Below are positions 8,255 to 11,474 of a stretch of 11,474 bases of DNA, one piece after another. Made by a program: the position numbers and the translations under genes. How positions within the stretch are numbered: position 1 is the first letter of the stretch; every line of letters begins with the position of its first letter. Origin of the DNA: Candidatus Heimdallarchaeota archaeon. GTDB lineage: Archaea > Asgardarchaeota > Heimdallarchaeia > Heimdallarchaeales > Heimdallarchaeaceae. The stretch spans positions 1 to 11,474 of the forward strand of contig DXJF01000065.1 of assembly GCA_019057375.1 (NCBI GenBank), written 5' to 3'. The notes under the pieces were generated by a model. The model saw only the letters and a list, made by a program, of their open reading frames with translations, did not search any database and had not been told where the DNA came from.

Positions 8255-8971
8255 CTATTCTCTAATTGGATTCAGAAATCCAAACCCCATGCTATTTTTT
8301 TCTCCCAATCCTGTGTCCATGATGAATTTAAAAAATTTATTAAGACTTTTATCAGTGGATTCATTTCCAATTTTTCTCCAAGTAGATCCAATATGAATAA
8401 ATGATTTATCACATTTAGAATTGTGTATTATGACTTCTTTCCTAAATTCAAAATCAGAGAATATTTGTTGTTTTAGTTGAAATGATTCATTGAAGAAAAT
8501 ATTGTATTTTTTTACTGCATTCTCTTTTAATCTTCTAAGAAAAAACTCAAAATCTCTATGCTTTTTGAAACTAAAATATTCGTTCTTCTTGCTATCTTTG
8601 TAAAGGACGATTGGACTACCTGTTGTAAATAAAAATTTATTCTGTAGTTCAAATTTCTTAACTGATCTAATTGCGATCGGACATCCGCCTAAATGATACC
8701 CTCTTTGAATATTAAGATTGTACTCTAATGCATTAATGAAGGTTTTAGAGGGAGAGCTAACTAACAAATTCTTGTCTTCATTTTTCTTAAAATCCCCAAT
8801 TGGATAAATGTCATTGAAACAAAAGAATTTGAATTGTTTCGTATCATGCTTCAGACTTACTTTTCCATTTTGAGTTCTGAAAAGATTGTAAATAAATCCT
8901 TGAACATCATGTTTAGTTACACGACCATCCGCATAATTCCACTTTGGGTGAAATTTGATTAATAATCTCAC
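8255..8971 (-). CDS. cas6: CRISPR RNA endoribonuclease Cas6
   Basis: KHD..FKFFCF region, TGSPIV, and C-terminal Gly-rich loop GLGEKNSMGFG. Start placed at GTG 8971 (MRLLIKF, AGGTAA 5 nt upstream); the ORF track uses ATG 8989. Confidence 0.95.
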   Translation of the reverse strand: MRLLIKFHPKWNYADGRVTKHDVQGFIYNLFRTQNGKVSLKHDTKQFKFFCFNDIYPIGDFKKNEDKNLLVSSPSKTFINALEYNLNIQRGYHLGGCPIAIRSVKKFELQNKFLFTTGSPIVLYKDSKKNEYFSFKKHRDFEFFLRRLKENAVKKYNIFFNESFQLKQQIFSDFEFRKEVIIHNSKCDKSFIHIGSTWRKIGNESTDKSLNKFFKFIMDTGLGEKNSMGFGFLNPIRE

Positions 8972-9019
8972 TATGATTACCTTCTCCATTTTTAGTTCAA
9001 GAATTTAAAAATGTAGCTT

Positions 9020-9117
9020 AAAATAGAAAAAATAGTAAAAAATATAAAGAAAAAGAACATAATTACCTTGGAAGCTTCAAGTCCGTAGACAGAAGTTGAG
9101 GAGATTTTATACTCCTC
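9020..9117 (-). terminator. Candidate terminator/attenuator: GAGGAG/CTCCTC hairpin (9098..9117) followed by oligo-U tracts (9054..9020)
   Basis: 6-bp GC-rich stem 10 nt after the micro-ORF stop; several T4-T6 runs downstream on the minus strand. Confidence 0.45.
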
Positions 9118-9127
9118 TTAATCCGCT

Positions 9128-9199
9128 TTATGGAACTGGAAGGGGTTCAGGGTCATTTGGGTCACCATTTGGAGGACAAATCCAATTATCTGATTTCAT
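9128..9199 (-). CDS. Unannotated 23-aa proline-rich peptide MKSDNWICPPNGDPNDPEPLPVP (29 aa if started at ATG 9217)
   Basis: Open frame ending TAA at 9128..9130. GGTGA RBS 4 nt upstream of ATG, the same spacing as cas1 and cas2. Locally GC-rich in an AT-rich intergenic region. Confidence 0.6.
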   Translation of the reverse strand: MKSDNWICPPNGDPNDPEPLPVP

Positions 9200-9242
9200 T
9201 TTCTCACCACTTTTCATTGATGATCTTAATGGAATGGACAAT

Positions 9243-9341
9243 AACAAAGAGTTGTTGTACAGTTAGCAATACGCAAAAGATTGGAATTCATCAATTCCAG
9301 AAGGTGAAAGCTGAAATTATTGATTGTCCAAGAATGGACAA
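9243..9341. repeat. Three perfect inverted repeats with 4-nt centres: AACAA-AGAG-TTGTT (9243..9256), TGGAATT-CATC-AATTCCA (9282..9299), TTGTCCA-AGAA-TGGACAA (9324..9341)
   Basis: Read directly from the sequence; centres at 9249.5, 9290.5 and 9332.5. Confidence 0.8.
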
Positions 9342-9358
9342 AGTTTCTTTCGGAATAA

Positions 9359-9391
9359 TTTAATAGCTTATCTATATTCATAATTATATAA
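9359..9391. promoter_or_regulatory. Candidate overlapping divergent TATA boxes: TTTAATA 9359..9365 (+, regulator) and TTATATAA 9384..9391 (-, peptide)
   Basis: TTTAATA lies about 30-35 nt before ATG 9394 (near-leaderless mRNA). TTATATAA is too close to that ATG to serve it but could drive the minus-strand transcript. Confidence 0.35.
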
Positions 9392-9393
9392 CA

Positions 9394-10827
9394 ATGACAT
9401 CTGATTCATCTTCTTTGACAAAGATAAGTCTTAATGAGGTAAAAGAAATTTTAAAAGAAGAATTTCAGTCCTTTAAACATAGATTACTGAAGGATAACAT
9501 TCAATTATACACACCTAAATGGGATCTCTTATGTTTTCAATATTATAATCTCCTTGCATCTCAACCAGAAGTGCAAAGTAGATGGGAAGATTTTTGGGAA
9601 AAAAAAAGCAAATCAATGGAGTACAAAGGATTAGTCTACAAAATACCTGATATATACAAACCATTCATTAATAATCATTCATCGTTAAGCAAACTTTTCA
9701 TGTTACTTGATAAAAAAGAAGATCTTGGTTGGGAAATGTATCTTGAACTATTTTTACACTTGAGAAAGCAAATTTACCCAGAATTTACAAAAACTGAATA
9801 TGAACTTTTTACTACGATCATCAAACATCAAACTTCAGCTTTAACTGATTTAAGCAATTTGTGTAATAAAAATAAATCAAACATTTTGAGATATCTTAAA
9901 TCACTTAAACAAAAAGGATTGATATACGAAGGAATCACAATCAATGTATCAAAATTACTGTTATATCCTTATGTAGTACTCATCCAAAATCCTAAAGGCT
10001 ACAGAGAAGACTTTATTGATACATTTGAAAGTCTTGATTCCTTTAGAAATTTCTATTTTAGTTTTTTAGGAGAAAAAACTCTAATTAGTTTTCATATCGT
10101 AAATGAGAAAGAAAAAAATCTGCATCTTTTAGAACATGAATTGAACCTGATCAAAAAGAAAATTTATCCAGAGAAAGTTGAAATAATAGAACTTAAGAGA
10201 ATTAATAGACTAAAATCTTTCAATTATTCCTTATATAATTATAAAACTACTAGTTGGGAAAATCCTCTAGTAAAATTCGTGGAATTTCACTCAGGAAAAA
10301 CTGGAGATATAACTGAGCCTATAGCTGAATTTTCTGATGATAAACCTTCTTTAATTCAATTGAACAAATCAGGAATAGATATTCTAGAGTATATCATTAA
10401 ATACTGTGATATAACACAGAGTAGAATCCAGAAACATACTCAACTTTCATCTACAATAGTAAGAAAATACATTGATTATTTTAAAGAACAAGAGGTTTTT
10501 ACCACTAGAATAAACCCACAACCTATTTTTGGCTTAAGTAATATAATTATCATATTAGAAGAGAATATACAAAATCAGCTAGATATTCACTCAAGATTGT
10601 CCTTCTTACCAGAAGTTTATTCAGAACCCTATCAATCAAATGAATCAGAAGGGATTGTGTTGATTCTGCGATTACCTCAAGAATGTGTAATTAATTTTGC
10701 AGATTTATTAAGCTTCATGTATAAAGAAAAAATCAAGAAAATATTTCTACTTGAAAGCTTATATCGGAGAAGACGGTCGCTGAATTTCGATTATTACGAT
10801 ACTTTATTAAAAGAATGGTCTAAATAA
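9394..10827 (+). CDS. 477-aa putative transcription regulator: N-terminal helical domain plus two tandem wHTH + Lrp/AsnC-like (RAM-like) units
   Basis: HTH1 aa ~131-178 (TKTEYELFTTIIK...KSNILRYLKSLKQKGLI) followed by INVSKLLL. HTH2 aa ~323-369 (LNKSGIDILEYIIK...STIVRKYIDYFKEQEVF) followed by INPQPIFGL. Both units end in similar motifs, SFNYSLYNYKTTSW and SLNFDYYDTLLKEW. Confidence 0.8.
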   Translation: MTSDSSSLTKISLNEVKEILKEEFQSFKHRLLKDNIQLYTPKWDLLCFQYYNLLASQPEVQSRWEDFWEKKSKSMEYKGLVYKIPDIYKPFINNHSSLSKLFMLLDKKEDLGWEMYLELFLHLRKQIYPEFTKTEYELFTTIIKHQTSALTDLSNLCNKNKSNILRYLKSLKQKGLIYEGITINVSKLLLYPYVVLIQNPKGYREDFIDTFESLDSFRNFYFSFLGEKTLISFHIVNEKEKNLHLLEHELNLIKKKIYPEKVEIIELKRINRLKSFNYSLYNYKTTSWENPLVKFVEFHSGKTGDITEPIAEFSDDKPSLIQLNKSGIDILEYIIKYCDITQSRIQKHTQLSSTIVRKYIDYFKEQEVFTTRINPQPIFGLSNIIIILEENIQNQLDIHSRLSFLPEVYSEPYQSNESEGIVLILRLPQECVINFADLLSFMYKEKIKKIFLLESLYRRRRSLNFDYYDTLLKEWSK

Positions 10828-10838
10828 ATGTGACTAAG

Positions 10839-11474
10839 ATGGAGAATATCACAATTACTTCATTCTGTTTATATCCTTTGGTAGAGCTTCTATACAGAGA
10901 AGAGAGAAGAGCTCACTTCAAACTCTTTATTTACACTGAAAAATTTTATAAGATGCTAAGGGATTTAAGAAGAAAAGGAAGGCAGCTTATTCAAGATAAT
11001 GGAAAAGATCTTTTTGTGCCACAATATACAAAGTGCTACTTAAAATGGTCTCCAGATAATTTCATTTATTTTTACAGAAAGAAACGTTATCTATATGAAA
11101 TAAAAAGTTTAAGACCTTTTATACCAATCCAATCGCAATATAATGAGTGGTATCACATTCGATCATTTTTAAAACTAAAACTGGCTTTGAAAAAAGTAAA
11201 ATTTTATCCTCTTTTAGTAGCTGAAAGTGAAAAGAAAGTAGTATTTGATAAATCTGAGATAACAAGTTCACTCAAGTTTATGCAAGTTTTACATGAACTT
11301 AATCAGAATTTTCCACTTGAATTAATAAAAGATGGAAAAAAAGTTTACACAAAAATTTGTATCTTAGCTGCAACATTCAAAGATTATAATGATATACAGA
11401 TTGAAGAATCACCAATAGTCAACTTGGTAGAAATGAGCTTTCAAAAAGCGGTAGAGCTTGATATTCTAAAGAAG
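10839..11474 (+). CDS. Partial ORF (>=212 aa, runs off the window), putative PD-(D/E)xK nuclease-fold protein
   Basis: No stop from GTG 10830/ATG 10839 to the window end. Translation MENITITSFCLYPLVELLYREERRAHFKLFIYTEKFYKMLRDLRRKGRQLIQDNGKDLFVPQYTKCYLKWSPDNFIYFYRKKRYLYEIKSLRPF...; PD-x13-EIK at 11052..11105. Confidence 0.65.
   Translation, partial: MENITITSFCLYPLVELLYREERRAHFKLFIYTEKFYKMLRDLRRKGRQLIQDNGKDLFVPQYTKCYLKWSPDNFIYFYRKKRYLYEIKSLRPFIPIQSQYNEWYHIRSFLKLKLALKKVKFYPLLVAESEKKVVFDKSEITSSLKFMQVLHELNQNFPLELIKDGKKVYTKICILAATFKDYNDIQIEESPIVNLVEMSFQKAVELDILKK

Noticed and set aside
8158-8260. Degenerate CRISPR repeats (mini-array) in the cas6-cas8b gap
   Set aside because: Best ungapped alignments to the 29-nt repeat are about 11-14 of 29, mostly A/T, and indistinguishable from background.
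144-8404. Short + strand ORFs in the track (144..419, 292..525, 872..1096, 1329..1529, 2055..2261, 4576..4761, 4933..5124, 5729..5950, 5790..5996, 6309..6491, 7656..7904, 8201..8404)
   Set aside because: All lie antisense to clear cas genes, are Phe/Leu/Ile/Ser-rich as expected for shadows of AT-rich genes, and have no recognisable motifs.
8197-9221. 11-nt reverse-complement match between the cas6-cas8b gap (ATCAATGAAAA 8197..8207) and 9211..9221, considered as a CreR-like guide/target pair
   Set aside because: It does not extend, lacks a convincing 5' repeat handle, and a match this long is not rare in sequence this AT-rich.
9130-9363. 77-aa + strand ORF MELEGVQGHLGHHLEDK...
   Set aside because: No RBS upstream, antisense to the better-supported micro-ORF, and runs through the palindromes and candidate promoter; not fully excluded.
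9766-10173. KQIYPE / KKIYPE short repeat in the regulator
   Set aside because: Not in register with the tandem-domain duplication; likely coincidental.
9394-10827. Regulator as Csa3 (CARF) or WYL-domain cas regulator
   Set aside because: No recognisable CARF Rossmann or WYL motif; it has two HTH-RAM-like units instead.
10828-10833. ATG directly after the regulator stop as start of the downstream gene
   Set aside because: Followed immediately by TGA; the long frame starts at GTG 10830 or ATG 10839.
1-11474. Transposase, TniQ/Tns (CAST), tRNA or rRNA features
   Set aside because: No such motifs; Cas3 and the adaptation genes are intact, consistent with a normal interference-competent I-B system.

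Overview
AT-rich, probably archaeal window (GGTGA-type Shine-Dalgarno sites, TATA-like boxes). A complete type I-B CRISPR-Cas operon lies on the minus strand: cas6-cas8b(+probable internal cas11)-cas7-cas5-cas3-cas4-cas1-cas2. A 100-bp leader follows, then the start of the CRISPR array, cut by the window edge (one full 29-nt repeat, a 36-nt spacer, 7 nt of repeat 2). Upstream of cas6 is a module the ORF track largely misses. A 23-aa proline-rich micro-ORF, co-oriented with cas6 and with a good RBS, is followed by a hairpin and U-tracts; it shares the pentapeptide PNGDP with this locus's own Cas7. Three palindromes phased 41-42 bp apart come next. Divergently transcribed are a 477-aa tandem-duplicated Lrp/AsnC-like wHTH regulator and a truncated ORF with a PD-(D/E)xK nuclease motif. 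The cas genes are well supported. The peptide/regulator/nuclease module as a CRISPR control system is a hypothesis.
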